Notes: generated from the sequence alone by a model not told the origin. Positions 50,801-63,955 are shown, counted from the first letter of the whole stretch. The stretch: 63,955 nucleotides of DNA, filler included, from Octopus bimaculoides (GCF_001194135.2; 5 parts of 5 records of this genome joined end to end with filler, not necessarily neighbours in it), one strand, 5' to 3'. Program-made: numbers and translations.

Positions 50801-51848
50801 TGAAGAATATAAATAAAACACTTTGAGATACGACGATTCCATTTCTTGACATACAATTAAATAGTCGAGATACATCTAATCCGTTGGCACTAAATACACA
50901 AGTATATATTTACATGGATAGAGGCACACGCACGTCCACATACTTCCAAAATATCAATTGTATAGTCTATAATAAAACGAATCTCTTCTATTAGTTTTAT
51001 CACAAGTACATTGATAAAACTTAGTGTGAGATTTAAATTCAAGTTCGAAGACTTTAGTCTTACACCAAGGTACAGGTAACTACAATAAGCAAGAAGTATA
51101 TTAAATACTACGCTAACATGTTCAATAATTATATATCCATACTAAATATAAACTAGATTTTTATCTTACCAAGTATCTCGTAATAGAAAACAGAAATTTC
51201 GTTTTTGTTATTTATTTATTTATTTATTCATTTATTTTGCCAGAAGTAAGTAAACACGAGAGCAAGATTCAGAAAAACAGTAATTTATAAATTCAGTTAT
51301 AAACGTGAAATTTGTAAACGTCATGATTCCAGCTGTTTTGTTGGCCATACAAACACGACGGTTCCATGCCGATCGTCTATGTACTTACAACAATGAGCAA
51401 TTAGTATGGAATGTACTAACCGAAACAAAACTAGATAGGAAACTATAACAGAAACACATTCTCAGAGTATAGAGGTTTGTACAGAGAAATATAAGATTAA
51501 TATTGAAAGTAATATCTATACAACAGCTCCATGATATGATATAAGCATAGACAATATTCTAGTCACATGGAAAAATAAACACCAACCTAATGGTTAATAT
51601 ATTCTCACACTCGCAGTAAAATGTACAGCAATAAATACGCATTTTGGTGGCAAATTTTACAACCATACTGGAACTATTGTATTTAAAGCGATAAAACCTA
51701 CGGCAACATTACGTCATCCTGAATGTGTGACCGTGAATATCTGGAAATTTGGATGGCGAATTTAAGAAATTTTCTGGCGTACAAAATGTGAATTATCTAT
51801 TACTGTACACATGTATATTTTTAATATATTTATTTACTTACATATATA

Positions 51849-52249
51849 CTCTCTTTTACTCTTTTTTACTTGTTTCAGTCATTTGACTGCGGCCATACTG
51901 GAGCACCACCTTTAGTTGAGCAAATCGCTCCCAGGACGTATTCTTTGTAAACCTAGTACTTATTCTATCGGTCTCTTTTGCCGAACCGCTAAGTTACAGA
52001 GACGTAAACACACAACCATCGGTTGTCAAGCGATGTTGGGGGAACAAACACAGACACACAAACATATACATACATATACATATATACATATACGACGGGT
52101 TTCTTTCAGTTTCCGTCTACCAAATCCACTCACAAGGCTTTGGTCGGCCCGAGGCTATAGTAGAAGACACTTGCCTAAGGTGCCACGCAATGGGACTGAA
52201 CCCAGAACCATGTGGTTGGTAAGCAAGCTACTTAACACACAGCCACTCC
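51849..52249 (-). mobile_element. SINE type B, full length, short central microsatellite
   Basis: Complete head, core and tail on the minus strand. Confidence 0.95.
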
Positions 52250-52595
52250 ATATATATATTTTCAATGTCTGTTTATTTCTATATTCTTTATCTCTCCATT
52301 AAATCCATCTCTAATTGGTGTCATGTCTGCAGACTGTATTACCAGTTCTTTTGTTTCTTCACATTACATATTTATATCTTTCGTCTCAAGTTACTCTTGA
52401 GTATATCTAAGTCCAAACCTCTATATTGTGAGAGAATTTCTGATCACTCTTCTTTCTCAAAACAGTTATATAAGTGTGTGTGAGTGTGTTTGTGTGTGTG
52501 TTTGTATGCATGCACATATGTATGCATGTAGATGCACATGTATATAAACAAACGTATATAAAAATCTATACAGTGAAACATGTAAAATATGTATG

Positions 52596-52691
<96 letters not shown>

Positions 52692-52830
52692 TATACAGAT
52701 ACACACACACACGAACATATATATATATAGAGAGAGAGATACACAGAAACATACATATATATGTATATATGTATGTAAATAGACAGATAAAAAGATAGAT
52801 AGATAGACAGACAGACATACAGACAGACAT

Positions 52831-52881
<51 letters not shown>

Positions 52882-53335
52882 CCGTATGTGCTGTTCTATC
52901 TTCGAGTACATTTCTATATGTACTTATTAAATATACTTTGAATTATTATCCTGTGGAGTTGGTGCGTGAATTAAATTTCGAAGCAGGAATATTATGTCAA
53001 CGGGATTAAAAGTTGTAAAGTGTCACTGAAGAGTCGAAGCAGTGTCTAGTTGCTAAAGTTGCGAAAGGGGAAGAAAAACAGATCTCTGATGTGTAAAGAA
53101 CACAATGCTCTCTTTAATCGACTGTTTCCTGGATGTCAGTACCTATTGCTTCAGCATTCATTGCAGACACGCATGAAGCTGTCTGGCCAAATGTTTCTGA
53201 AATGACGTTTTGCTGATAGAGACAAGGTTGAAACCTTGTGTGAGCCGGTCTTACCTTAAGAATTACCGTCAATGAAATTATAATGAAGAAAAGATGAATG
53301 CCGTTTTAAAATAAAATACGGCTATGTAAGATTGT

Positions 53336-53550
53336 GCCCAGGAGTGGCTGTGTGGTAAGAACCCGGAATCTTGCTTCCCAACCACAAGATTCTGGGTTCA
53401 GTTCCAATTCGTGGCACCTTGGCTAAGAGATTTTTACTATAGCCACGGTTCGACTAAAGCCTTGTAAGTGGATTTGGTTGACGGAAACTGAAGAAGCCCA
53501 TCGTATATGTATGTGTGGTGTGTGTGTGTGTGTGTATTTGCGTGTGTGTT
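53336..53550 (+). mobile_element. SINE type B 5' half ending in its microsatellite
   Basis: GGAGTGGCTGTGTGGTAAGA..GGGTTCAGTTCC..GACGGAAACTGAAGAAGCCCATCGTATATG. Confidence 0.85.
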
Positions 53551-53707
53551 TGTGCACCCGAAAACACAAGCTTACGTTCACGAAGCCAAACAGTAACCAC
53601 TAATCCGTGCATTTTCACACACACACACTCGAACACACTCACACACATCTACTCTCATACTTACAGACACACACACGCAGTTGTATGTATGTATGTATGT
53701 ATGTATG

Positions 53708-53746
<39 letters not shown>

Positions 53747-54287
53747 TTGAAAATAAGATTAATGTAATGTAATGTAATATAAAGCTGAAGCAAATTAACA
53801 CCAAATATACAGTGCGTGTGTTTTTATTGGCTAGTAATTTGACCACCCCCAAATATATATATATATAAACATACGTATATGTATATATATATATGAATGT
53901 ATATGTATACACACACAGGCACGCACATGCACCCATACAAATATATCCGTTGAAGGAAAAAGATATTTAGTACACCTATACCATGTAAGCAAGATCTAGC
54001 TGCCAGGTTATCCAGTTCGTGTAGTTGCAAAGTTTAAATCGGAAGTTGATCAAGAAAAAACACATTTGTAGAACTTTGAAAAGACTGGCAGGTGAGAGAA
54101 CCGTTTCGTAAATTGGGCGGTTAACGAACAAATTAATTTATCGATTTTATATGCAAATCGCTATGTATAAAGAATTCGGCACACCGAATCATTTGAAACG
54201 TGTGTAAGTGAATAAAATATTGTGTCAAAATAATTTTTCGTGTGTATGTTCTTACTATAAATAAATATGTAAATATAAATATATATG

Positions 54288-54347
<60 letters not shown>

Positions 54348-56111
54348 NNNNNNNNNNNNNNNNNNNNNNNNNNNNNNNNNNNNNNNNNNNNNNNNNNNNN
54401 NNNNNNNNNNNNNNNNNNNNNNNNNNNNNNNNNNNNNNNNNNNNNNNNNNNNNNNNNNNNNNNNNNNNNNNNNNNNNNNNNNNNNNNNNNNNNNNNNNNN
54501 NNNNNNNNNNNNNNNNNNNNNNNNNNNNNNNNNNNNNNNNNNNNNNNNNNNNNNNNNNNNNNNNNNNNNNNNNNNNNNNNNNNNNNNNNNNNNNNNNNNN
54601 NNNNNNNNNNNNNNNNNNNNNNNNNNNNNNNNNNNNNNNNNNNNNNNNNNNNNNNNNNNNNNNNNNNNNNNNNNNNNNNNNNNNNNNNNNNNNNNNNNNN
54701 NNNNNNNNNNNNNNNNNNNNNNNNNNNNNNNNNNNNNNNNNNNNNNNNNNNNNNNNNNNNNNNNNNNNNNNNNNNNNNNNNNNNNNNNNNNNNNNNNNNN
54801 NNNNNNNNNNNNNNNNNNNNNNNNNNNNNNNNNNNNNNNNNNNNNNNNNNNNNNNNNNNNNNNNNNNNNNNNNNNNNNNNNNNNNNNNNNNNNNNNNNNN
54901 NNNNNNNNNNNNNNNNNNNNNNNNNNNNNNNNNNNNNNNNNNNTATATATATATGTATATATAATTACATAACACAATTACATACACATAAATACGAATG
55001 TATATATGTGCATATTTACAGCTTTATGTGAAGCGAATTTCACCATTCCATAAAAAGAATCATATACATACACACATACAAACACAAACACACACACACA
55101 CACATAATATATATTCTGAGAGAGAGTGAGAGACACACACACACACACACATGTATGTTAAAATCGAACAGTGAAAATGAATGTTCAACACAGAATTGGT
55201 GGATAAATTTTCTTTATTTTCTCTGTTAATCAAGCTACCATTGGTTTCATGTTAAGAGAAATATCTGAAGCAATTATCGAACCTAACACATGGAAAGTTG
55301 GTGTCCTCAATCGAACATTGTTGTTCTTCATCTTTCAATAATTATAAATATATATCAATATTTTATTCTACTAGTTTCAATCATTGGACTGCAGTCAAAT
55401 TATACCTATACCTACAATAGTCTATCAAACAAACCAATTCCAGGAATTATTTATTTTTAAAGCATGTTGCGCGTTTTTTTTGTATGTTTTTTTTTTTTTT
55501 TCATAATAGCTTGGTTACAGGAACGTAAACACACTAACACCACTAATTAAGCGGTGGTAACAAACGAATGAAATATAATACACCCACACCTATACATGTA
55601 AGCAACGTGGCTTTGTGCTTACAATTTCAGCTATCACTGCGTCGCTCGTTGCGCAGGTGTTTTCTAATATGGTGACGGTCCGACCAAAGTCATTTCAATG
55701 GATTTGGTGGACAGAAACTGAAAGAAGCCTATCGTTTATACATATGCTTTCGAGGCCAATGCTTTTTTTTTTATATCGGCGCCGTGGTTTACAATCCTGA
55801 GACGCATGGCACGTGGAGGTTACTTTTACCCTTTTTTTAAATCTCGTTAATTTGCGTACAACTTTCACATTTGTCTCCACATATAATAAAATGTTATTCT
55901 GATGAAATTCATCTGTCTTGTGTCCTATATATGAAATGGCGTACTAAACATTTTTTCCTACACTTGATTGCATTAGCCTACGAAGACGCTATAAAACGCA
56001 CGTCTGGCTTGCGCTTTGTCACTGCATATAGCGTTTGCAGTAAACCCACTCATATATACATATATATATATACATATATATACAGATAGACAGATAGATA
56101 GATATATAGAC

Positions 56112-56176
<65 letters not shown>

Positions 56177-56571
56177 TGCGAAAATAAAGAGAGATAGTGA
56201 ATTGTAGCCACCATGAAAACAAGCAGAATTGCCTACAGTATATTTGCTTCAGATCAATTTTACAGTTTCAGCATTTTCGTTATACCGCTGTAAAGATATA
56301 TTTATATACATATATATATATACATATATATATANNNNNNNNNNNNNNNNNNNNNNNNNNNNNNNNNNNNNNNNNNNNNNNNNNNNNNNNNNNNNNNNNN
56401 NNNNNNNNNNNNNNNNNNNNNNNNNNNNNNNNNNNNNNNNNNNNNNNNNNNNNNNNNNNNNNNNNNNNNNNNNNNNNNNNNNNNNNNNNNNNNNNNNNNN
56501 NNNNNNNNNNNNNNNNNNNNNNNNNNNNNNNNNNNNNNNNNNNNNNNNNNNNNNNNNNNNNNNNNNNNNNN

Positions 56572-56605
<34 letters not shown>

Positions 56606-56967
56606 AAATTATAGTATTTATTCAGCGACAAATAAATACACACAGACACACACACACCCAGACATCTATATATATATGCATATATATGTATGTATATCTG
56701 CATGTACATATACAGTTTGCAAGTATGGATGGCTCTCTCTCTCTCTCTGTCTGTCTCTCTCTCTCTCTCTCTCCCTCTCCCTCTCTCTCTCTCTCTTTCT
56801 GTATAAGTATATAAGTGTGATTTTAACTGTGCGATGATGTGATGAGGTCAACATCTGGTTAGCTGCCAACTAAATCGTTACCAACTCTACAATGTCAACG
56901 AACAATCATTATTAAAGAAATATAGAATTTCCATTGTTTTCTATGCTTGCTTTTTGTTTCTTTTTGC

Positions 56968-57012
56968 CAATTATTATTATTATCATCATTACTATTATTA
57001 TTATTATTATTA

Positions 57013-57077
<65 letters not shown>
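56968..57077. repeat. (ATT)n microsatellite
   Basis: Direct reading; source of the poly-Tyr ORF. Confidence 0.95.
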
Positions 57078-57254
57078 GTTCTTTAGCTTCCTACGTTCTT
57101 TTATTCCACTTATTGTGCTGTAACTTAAATGAATTCATCACAGAAAACTGTCATTGTTGTTTTTTTCCCTTCTTACACCAGGTTTCTAATAATAATTTAC
57201 ACCGATGAGGCGTGGGTTCAAACCACGGCTTTACCGGACGCATGTTTGTATTTG

Positions 57255-57635
57255 GGCACAGGTGTGGCTGTGTGGTTAGCGAGATCCCTTTGTAAATAAT
57301 AGGTTTGTGTTTGAGTCGAGGTATGTGGTAGCTATGTGGAGGGATTTCGACTGTAGTCTCGGGCCAGCTAATGTCTTCTGCTAAAATTTTGTCTAGCAAA
57401 ACTGTGTGGAAGCCCGCAGTACATATGTGTGTATGTGTGTGTGTGTGTGTGTTTGTATTGTGTCTGTGTGAGTTTGTGTCCGCGTGTGTCTCTCTGTGTA
57501 TGACTGTGCGTTCAGCCCCGCTAGACATCACTTACGACAAATGTCTTCAACTATATCGCATGGACAATTTTGTGAGGCAAGTTTGGTAGACTACAACTGC
57601 AGAAAAGCCCATCGTATATATATANNNNNNNNNNN

Positions 57636-57670
<35 letters not shown>

Positions 57671-58105
57671 TAGATAGATAGATAGATAGATACATACATA
57701 CATACATACATACATACATACATACATACATACATTCATACATACATACATACATACATATATGGCTATTTATGTGTATTAGTTTGTCTCCCCATCACCG
57801 CTTGATAACTGGCATTTGTGTGTTTATGTCCCCGTAATCTAGCGATTTGGTAAAAGGGACCGATAGAATAAATACTCGGCTTTAAAAATAAGTCCTGGCG
57901 TCGATTTCCTTGATAGAAACTCACAAGCGACTCAGAGTATTCAGGGGCATCTCCCCTGTCTTCTGCGTTCTGAGTTCAAATTCCTCTGGGATCGACTTTA
58001 ACTTTCATCGGGTCGGAGTCGTTAAAATAAGTACAAGCTGAGCACTGGGAATGATAAAATTGTCTAACTTCCCACAAATTCCTAACCTTGTGCCAAAATT
58101 TGAAG
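57255..58105 (+). mobile_element. Cluster of old SINEs: B head (57255-57420), B with central (TA)/(TAGA)/(TACA) (57510-57930), D (57955-58105)
   Basis: GGTGTGGCTGTGTGGTTAG; AAAGCCCATCGTATATA..; GACCGATAGAATAAATACT; TTCTGAGTTCAAATTCC..GATCGACTTTAACTTTCATC. Confidence 0.7.
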
Positions 58106-58801
58106 CCTTCCAAATCATTATTAAAGATTGTAGCCATCGCAAAACTGGATAATAGATCCACTAACACTGGTGAGGCTGCTGTGGTTCCTGGTATTGATGT
58201 TGTTGGTGGTGGTGATAGTCATTGTGTTCTGTTTTTGCTTTTTTACTATAGATGCTGATGGCGCTAGTGTTATAATAGGTGTTGTTGTTCAAGTTTGTTA
58301 TATACTGCTGTTTGTTGTAGTGGCATTTATGGTGATGATGGCGGTGGCTTTCGTTTTTGTATTGGATTTGTTGATGGTGTGGCTGTAGTGATTGTGCTAT
58401 AGGTAATGATAAGGATGATGGGAATGATGGTGAAGTCAGTGCTACAGTGATGGCAAGGAAATAATGGTATAGGAATGGTATAGATACAATATAGAAAAGG
58501 TACAGATATAATAAAGGTGATGACAGCAGTGTGGCTGTGTTGAAGTAAGGAAGGTCGGAAGTTCTGCTAAGTGACAGAAATTGCCTAGCTTTTTTGGCAT
58601 CGTAGGTTGGTTGAGAAGAGGTCACACTCACGTTTAAATGACAGGCCGGTTATTAGGGAATTCTTGAGAAGGAGAATACGTGAAAGAATATGAAAATGGA
58701 AGGACGTGCGGTGAAGAATTCTGAACGAAATAGAAATGTTACAGAGAAATAGAAAGTGAATATAAGAGAAATCAATAGAAAGATAGACGGAGAGAGAGAG
58801 A

Positions 58802-58844
<43 letters not shown>

Positions 58845-59394
58845 TGTGTATACGTGTGTGTGTGGTATATGTGACTGTGTGTGTCTGTGCATGTATGTGT
58901 GTATGTGATTGTGTGCTGGTTGTGTGCATGTCTGTATTTATGTGCATGCGTGCGTGCGTGTATGTGATCGTGGGAGTACGAATGTGATTGTTTGTTTGTG
59001 TATATGTGTGCTTATGTGCATGTGCGTGTATGTATGTATGTGATTGTGTGTTTGTGTGTATGTGTGTGTGTGTGTGTGTCGAGTTTAAAAGTGCGCAAGA
59101 GAGAGACAGACTGAGAACAAAGGGATGTTATGTGTGAGGAATGATATTGGAGGGGTGGGAGAAAGAGAGAGGAAAAAAGAAAGTGGGAGTGTGAGAATGA
59201 GAGCGAAAGAGATTGAATAGTCAGAGTTTACATTACGATTACTTAAATATACTTATGTACACATACACGCGCGCACTCAAATACATACACACACNNNNNN
59301 NNNNNNNNNNNNNNNNNNNNNNNNNNNNNNNNNNNNNNTTAATTAATTAANNNNNNNNNNNNNNNNNNNNNNNNNNNNNNNNNNNNNNNNNNNN

Positions 59395-59801
59395 CTTCAT
59401 CAGTGGTTCGATATCTCTCAAATCCACCACTGGTGGCAACTCTTTATATTTCAGCTGCACTCCTGGTGGGTCAATGCTATCTCCACACATCTCTTTCAAC
59501 TTTCTGTAGTTTTCCTCTTCAATCAATATTGCCTTCATATCCTCTGCGTAGACGTATGAAGGCACCTTCTCTCTTACTATTGAATGAAACTTGATTATCT
59601 TTTTCTCTGTTTCAACATCTTTTGGGTACGTCACATAATACCATACTCCATCTCCTCCTCGTATCTTTCTTTTCTCTTGGACTTTTGGTTCTCTCTTTTC
59701 TTCCTCCATAAATAGTCTCTCCATCTCACCTTCATGCAGTTGGCTTTCCGAGTCTTTCTCCACTGGCAATTCCACCACTCTTCCACCGCCCTCCTTACAG
59801 C
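59395..59801 (-). CDS. Stop-free ~135-codon fragment between gaps; probable ORF1 of a non-LTR retroelement
   Basis: The whole 407-bp contig is open on the minus strand (..GDGVWYYVTYPKDV..VQLKYKELPPVVDLRDIEPLMK). The LPP motif resembles VEAIPPDIEV of the 30068-31132 ORF1. Both ends are in gaps. Confidence 0.4.
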
Positions 59802-60669
59802 NNNNNNNNNNNNNNNNNNNNNNNNNNNNNNNNNNNNNNNNNNNNNNNNNNNNNNNNNNNNNNNNNNNNNNNNNNNNNNNNNNNNNNNNNNNNNNNNNNN
59901 NNNNNNNNNNNNNNNNNNNNNNNNNNNNNNNNNNNNNNNNNNNNNNNNNNNNNNNNNNNNNNNNNNNNNNNNNNNNNNNNNNNNNNNNNNNNNNNNNNNN
60001 NNNNNNNNNNNNNNNNNNNNNNNNNNNNNNNNNNNNNNNNNNNNNNNNNNNNNNNNNNNNNNNNNNNNNNNNNNNNNNNNNNNNNNNNNNNNNNNNNNNN
60101 NNNNNNNNNNNNNNNNNNNNNNNNNNNNNNNNNNNNNNNNNNNNNNNNNNNNNNNNNNNNNNNNNNNNNNNNNNNNNNNNNNNNNNNNNNNNNNNNNNNN
60201 NNNNNNNNNNNNNNNNNNNNNNNNNNNNNNNNNNNNNNNNNNNNNNNNNNNNNNNNNNNNNNNNNNNNNNNNNNNNNNNNNNNNNNNNNNNNNNNNNNNN
60301 NNNNNNNNNNNNNNNNNNNNNNNNNNNNNNNNNNNNNNNNNNNNNNNNNNNNNNNNNNNNNNNNNNNNNNNNNNNNNNNNNNNNNNNNNNNNNNNNNNNN
60401 NNNNNNNNNNNNNNNNNNNNNNNNNNNNNNNNNNNNNNNNNNNNNNNNNNNNNNNNNNNNNNNNNNNNNNNNNNNNNNNNNNNNNNNNNNNNNNNNNNNN
60501 NNNNNNNNNNNNNNNNNNNNNNNNNNNNNNNNNNNNNNNNNNNNNNNNAAACAAAACAACAACCAACGAATCAACAACTTTGGCAACAATTCAAACAACA
60601 ATTCAAATTAATAACAATGGCAACAACTCGATAAACACCTCAACGCAAACTCACGCAACGACTTCACTG

Positions 60670-60970
60670 AGACGGGACACCGCTAAGCATTTTGCCCGGC
60701 GTGCTAGCGTTTCTGCCAGCTCACCGCTTTGTTGCTTGTCATATTACACTCATACGAAAGCGGCGAGCTGGCAGGATCGTTAGCACGCCGGGCAAAATGC
60801 TTATCAGCATTTCGTCCATCTTCATGTTCTGAGTTCAAATTCAGTCGACGTCGACTTTGCTTTTTATCTTTTCTAAGTACGAGTATTGAGGCCGATGTAA
60901 TCGACTTGTTCCCATCTCCACCCCACCAAAAGAAAGAAAGACTGCTGGCTTTGTACCAAAATTTGGAATC
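60670..60970. mobile_element. Head-to-head SINE type D pair (minus head 60670-60727; plus copy 60760-60970)
   Basis: TAAGCATTTTGCCCGGCGTGCTAGCGTTTCTGCCAGCTCACCGC versus GCGGCGAGCTGGCAGGATCGTTAGCACGCCGGGCAAAATGCTTA. Confidence 0.9.
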
Positions 60971-61964
60971 GATATTACTCTCATACACAGAGGGGGAAAA
61001 TTCAGATCTCACGTAAAAATATTTTGTGCAAACTGTACAAAAACACAAAACATGATCCCTACTTACAAACTCACGTATCATAACGGTACACAGCATCTGA
61101 ATTTGGTGGTACCATCCCAGTATTTTGTGGAATTTTCCATTTGTGGCGTGTCATGTCTGCATTAAAAAAAAAAGAAAAAAAAAAAACTTCCGTACTTTGG
61201 AAGTTTTCGAATTTCAGACAGAAAAGTAAACGTTTAAACTCTCATTCTGCTGCACATTTTGATGAGGACACCACATACTGAAACTCAGCTTATTCAACCA
61301 GATATTGGAGGGATATGAGTTCGATCCTCATGGCTGGCTGCCGACAAATTTTTCTGCTTTTGAAAAGAAAAGAGGATTTTATCCTTTATATCTATACTGT
61401 TTAGAATCTATGCGTTGAATAAAATTTATCTTTCTACTTGTTCTACATATTTTAATGATTACAAAAATTGTGTGCACTTATACAATTTGTATTAAGCCTT
61501 TGTCTGTCCAAAGCATTGTCATAAGTTTGTCCTAAGCATCCATGCATGTTTTCAGACTTTTAGTTATCCCTCATTTCATATATTCTGAATAATATAAAGT
61601 TTTCCTTTCATAAGTTACATGTTACTCTGGTGGTTGAAAAAAAAATGGGAACCAGGGAAATATATCCTGTGCATTACTTGTAATACACAGGACGAGCAAA
61701 GGGTTAGGTTCGTTACTAGAAAATCTTTCAATTCAGCCTAAAACGAAAGTAAATTGACCGGAAGTGACGACAGTGATACAGCATAATTTCATAAAAAGAA
61801 CAAGAAGAGAACTGGTGAAATCTTTTAATTTTATTAACAGAACACTCTCATCATGTCACATCTGCAGCCAGGAATTTATCCCCACCGCTAGTGATATAAA
61901 CAAGCGTGCATTTTGCATCAAAAGCCAATATGAGAGTTTCTCTCATGATAGCTAGCGCAGTAGT

Positions 61965-62352
61965 GGAGGCGCAATGGCCCAGTGGTTAGGGCAACAGACT
62001 CGCGGTCATAGGATCGCGGTTTCGATTCCCAGACCGGGCGTTGTGAGTGTTTATTGAACGAAAACACCTAAAGCTCCACGAGGCTCCGGCAGGGGATGGT
62101 GGCGAACCCTGCTGTAATCTTCCACCACAACTTTCTCTCACTCTTACTTCCTGTTTCTGTTGTGCCTGTAATTCAAAGGGTCAGCCTTGTCACACCCTCT
62201 GTCACGCTGAATATCCCCGAGAACTACGTTAAGGGTACACGTGTCTGTGGAGCGCTCAGCCACTTGCACGTTAATTTCACGAGCAGGCTGTTCCGTTGAT
62301 CGGATCAACTGGAACCCTCGACGTCGTAAGCGATGGAGTGCCAACAACAACA
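61965..62352 (+). mobile_element. SINE type A, full length, 11-bp TSD CTAGCGCAGTA
   Basis: TSD at 61952-61962 and 62354-62364; A and B boxes intact; (AAC)n tail. Confidence 0.96.
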
Positions 62353-62799
62353 TCTAGCGCAGTATAGTTTGTTCTAACAGAACATCTACGTTTAAGTAGG
62401 GATAAATATCACTTCTCGGTATTAATACTGCCTCTGTTGCTAATACATATTCTTCAGAAACAGCTTTTGAAGTGCACCATTCAAACGTAATATACCCAGT
62501 AACGAATACCACTGCAAAGGCAATACGGTAGCTTACATGTCGACACATGATAAGCAGTACTATTACGTGTGAGCAATGCAATTATCCCCGCACAACTTCT
62601 GAGTTATACGTAAAGAACTAATGGAGGAGGGAGCGTTTTTCCTGTCGATTCACTAACAGATCATTTACATAGAATTGTCAGAATTCACCGTCGTCGATTC
62701 TGGTCAATTTCTTCTCATAAGGTGCATGTTAAATCGTTACGTTTCGGATTTAGTCTCACATGGATAAAATTGTGTGTGTTTGTGTGTGTGCGCAAGCAA

Positions 62800-63120
62800 A
62801 CGTTGTGTGACCAACGATTTCGCGCTTGGCTGCAGCAAGATCCTACTTTCGCTCCAAGTGCGTGACATCTTGGGTAATGGTAATTTTCCAGAACCTCATG
62901 TCGACCCAAGCTTGTGACTGAAATTGGATAGACGGAAACGGTGCAGAAGCCGGCCGAGTGATCTCACCTGTAATTTCAAACGCTATAGCCTTGTTGCATA
63001 CTGATTCTGCCCGAGAATTACGTTAAGAGTACACATGTCTGTGGAATACCGAGCCACTGACACGTTAATTCAATGAGAAGCTTGTTCTGTTGATCGAACA
63101 GCAGAACACTCTTGTTGAAC
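62800..63120 (+). mobile_element. Old chimeric SINE: B-like head/core joined to A-type 3' body
   Basis: AAGCTTGTGACTGAAATTGGATAGACGGAAAC..AGAAGCC, followed by GAGAATTACGTTAAGAGTACACATGTCTGTGG..CACGTTAAT. Confidence 0.55.
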
Positions 63121-63175
63121 AATGGAGATCCAATACACACGTGAATGTATGGATATGTGCAGGTATATGCATCTG

Positions 63176-63495
63176 CAGGCGCGCGTGTGGAGAGTGGCTC
63201 CTGTACAGTAGCTTAGTGGTTAAGGTATACGGCTCACGATCGTAAGGTCGTGAGTTCGATACCTGGCGGTGCGTTGTATCCTTGAACAAGACACTTTATT
63301 TCAAGTAGCTCCTCTTCAAACAACTGGCAAAAGTGAATCGTACCTGTATTTAAAGGGCCAGCCTTGTTACTGTCTGTGTTAAGGGTACATGTATCTGTGG
63401 AGTGCTCAGCCATTTGCACGTTAGTTTCACGAGCAGGCGGTTCCGTTCATCGGATCGACTTTTACACTGGTCATCGTAACCGACGGAGTGCCAAA
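63176..63495 (+). mobile_element. SINE with type C head/core and type A 3' body
   Basis: GCTTAGTGGTTAAGG..GTGAGTTCGATACC..TCCTTGAACAAGACACTTTATTTC, then AAGGGTACATGTATCTGTGGAGTGCTCAGCC..CGTAACCGACGGAGTGCCA. Confidence 0.8.
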
Positions 63496-63504
63496 GTAGT
63501 TCCC

Positions 63505-63905
63505 TTTTTATCGATCTTGACATGATGAAAAGCCAGGTTCACCACGGCGGAATTGAACTCAGAAGAATGAAACACATGCCATGAAGATTTCAAACCAACG
63601 CATTAACGACTCAGTCATTTCAACGCCTTACAACAGCTAAAACAGCCAGAAATCAACAGACCTTTGTGCAGTCAGACAATCTGCTAGAAACAGCAGCCAA
63701 ATCTCAACACAGTCACACAGCTGATCATTTTAAAAGGCAAAGGACAGATTTGAGAATGTGACCCCTGATGTTCAGAAAGACGAGGTGGTCATAGTAGGAA
63801 TCACCTTTATGATCGATTAGTCATTCAGGGACAAACTAAAGCGAAACAACAACAAACAAGCTTCTACGCTATGGATCGACTTGCTAGAAAAGGCAGCCAA
63901 AGCAG
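63505..63905. mobile_element. Old SINE D fragment (-) followed by another interspersed repeat with (AAC) tail (TGCTAGAAACAGCAGCCAAATCTC motif, also inverted at ~19965-19988)
   Basis: GGCGGAATTGAACTCAGAA; the motif TGCTAGAAA.GCAGCCAAA recurs at ~63682 and ~63882. Confidence 0.5.
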
Positions 63906-63955
63906 AAAAATAATAGTGTACACACACACACACTATATATATATATGTATATATA

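Noticed and set aside
61965-62040. tRNA-like sequences with A/B boxes (here and in many other copies)
   Set aside because: They are SINE heads continuing into family-specific bodies with TSDs and lack a complete acceptor stem, so they are not tRNA genes.
62354-62581. 75-aa minus-strand ORF with a hydrophobic stretch (YRIAFAVVFVTGYITFEWC)
   Set aside because: Its stop lies within the SINE TSD, and there are no clear splice signals or recognisable domain.

Overview
This is an AT-rich, microsatellite-saturated eukaryotic window with many N-gaps. Its repeat content suggests an octopus, probably an O. bimaculoides-type draft assembly (inference, not verified). No intact host protein-coding gene is recognisable, and nearly all ORFs in the supplied track are microsatellite or gap artefacts. 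The sequence is mostly mobile-element debris: four modular tRNA-headed SINE types (working labels A-D), three 3' ends of a CR1-clade LINE, a decayed Tc1, mariner/maT derivatives and MITEs, a Chapaev3-like (CMC) transposon, a Tx1/L1-like ORF1 (RRM-like + CCHC) element lacking ORF2, and several fold-back repeats. The most interesting signals are: (i) minimal type-I hammerhead-ribozyme-like motifs with non-canonical cores inside Penelope-like fold-back repeats, best at 26928-26978 with a compensatory G3:C8 swap; (ii) a CR1-LINE/SINE-B pair sharing a 3' tail; (iii) an ORF1-only, possibly tRNA-headed retroelement; (iv) a SINE whose internal microsatellite acts as a landing pad; (v) closely spaced inverted repeats that could form ADAR substrates; (vi) a few candidate + strand micro-exons. 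All coordinates and alignments were read by eye; no searches were run.
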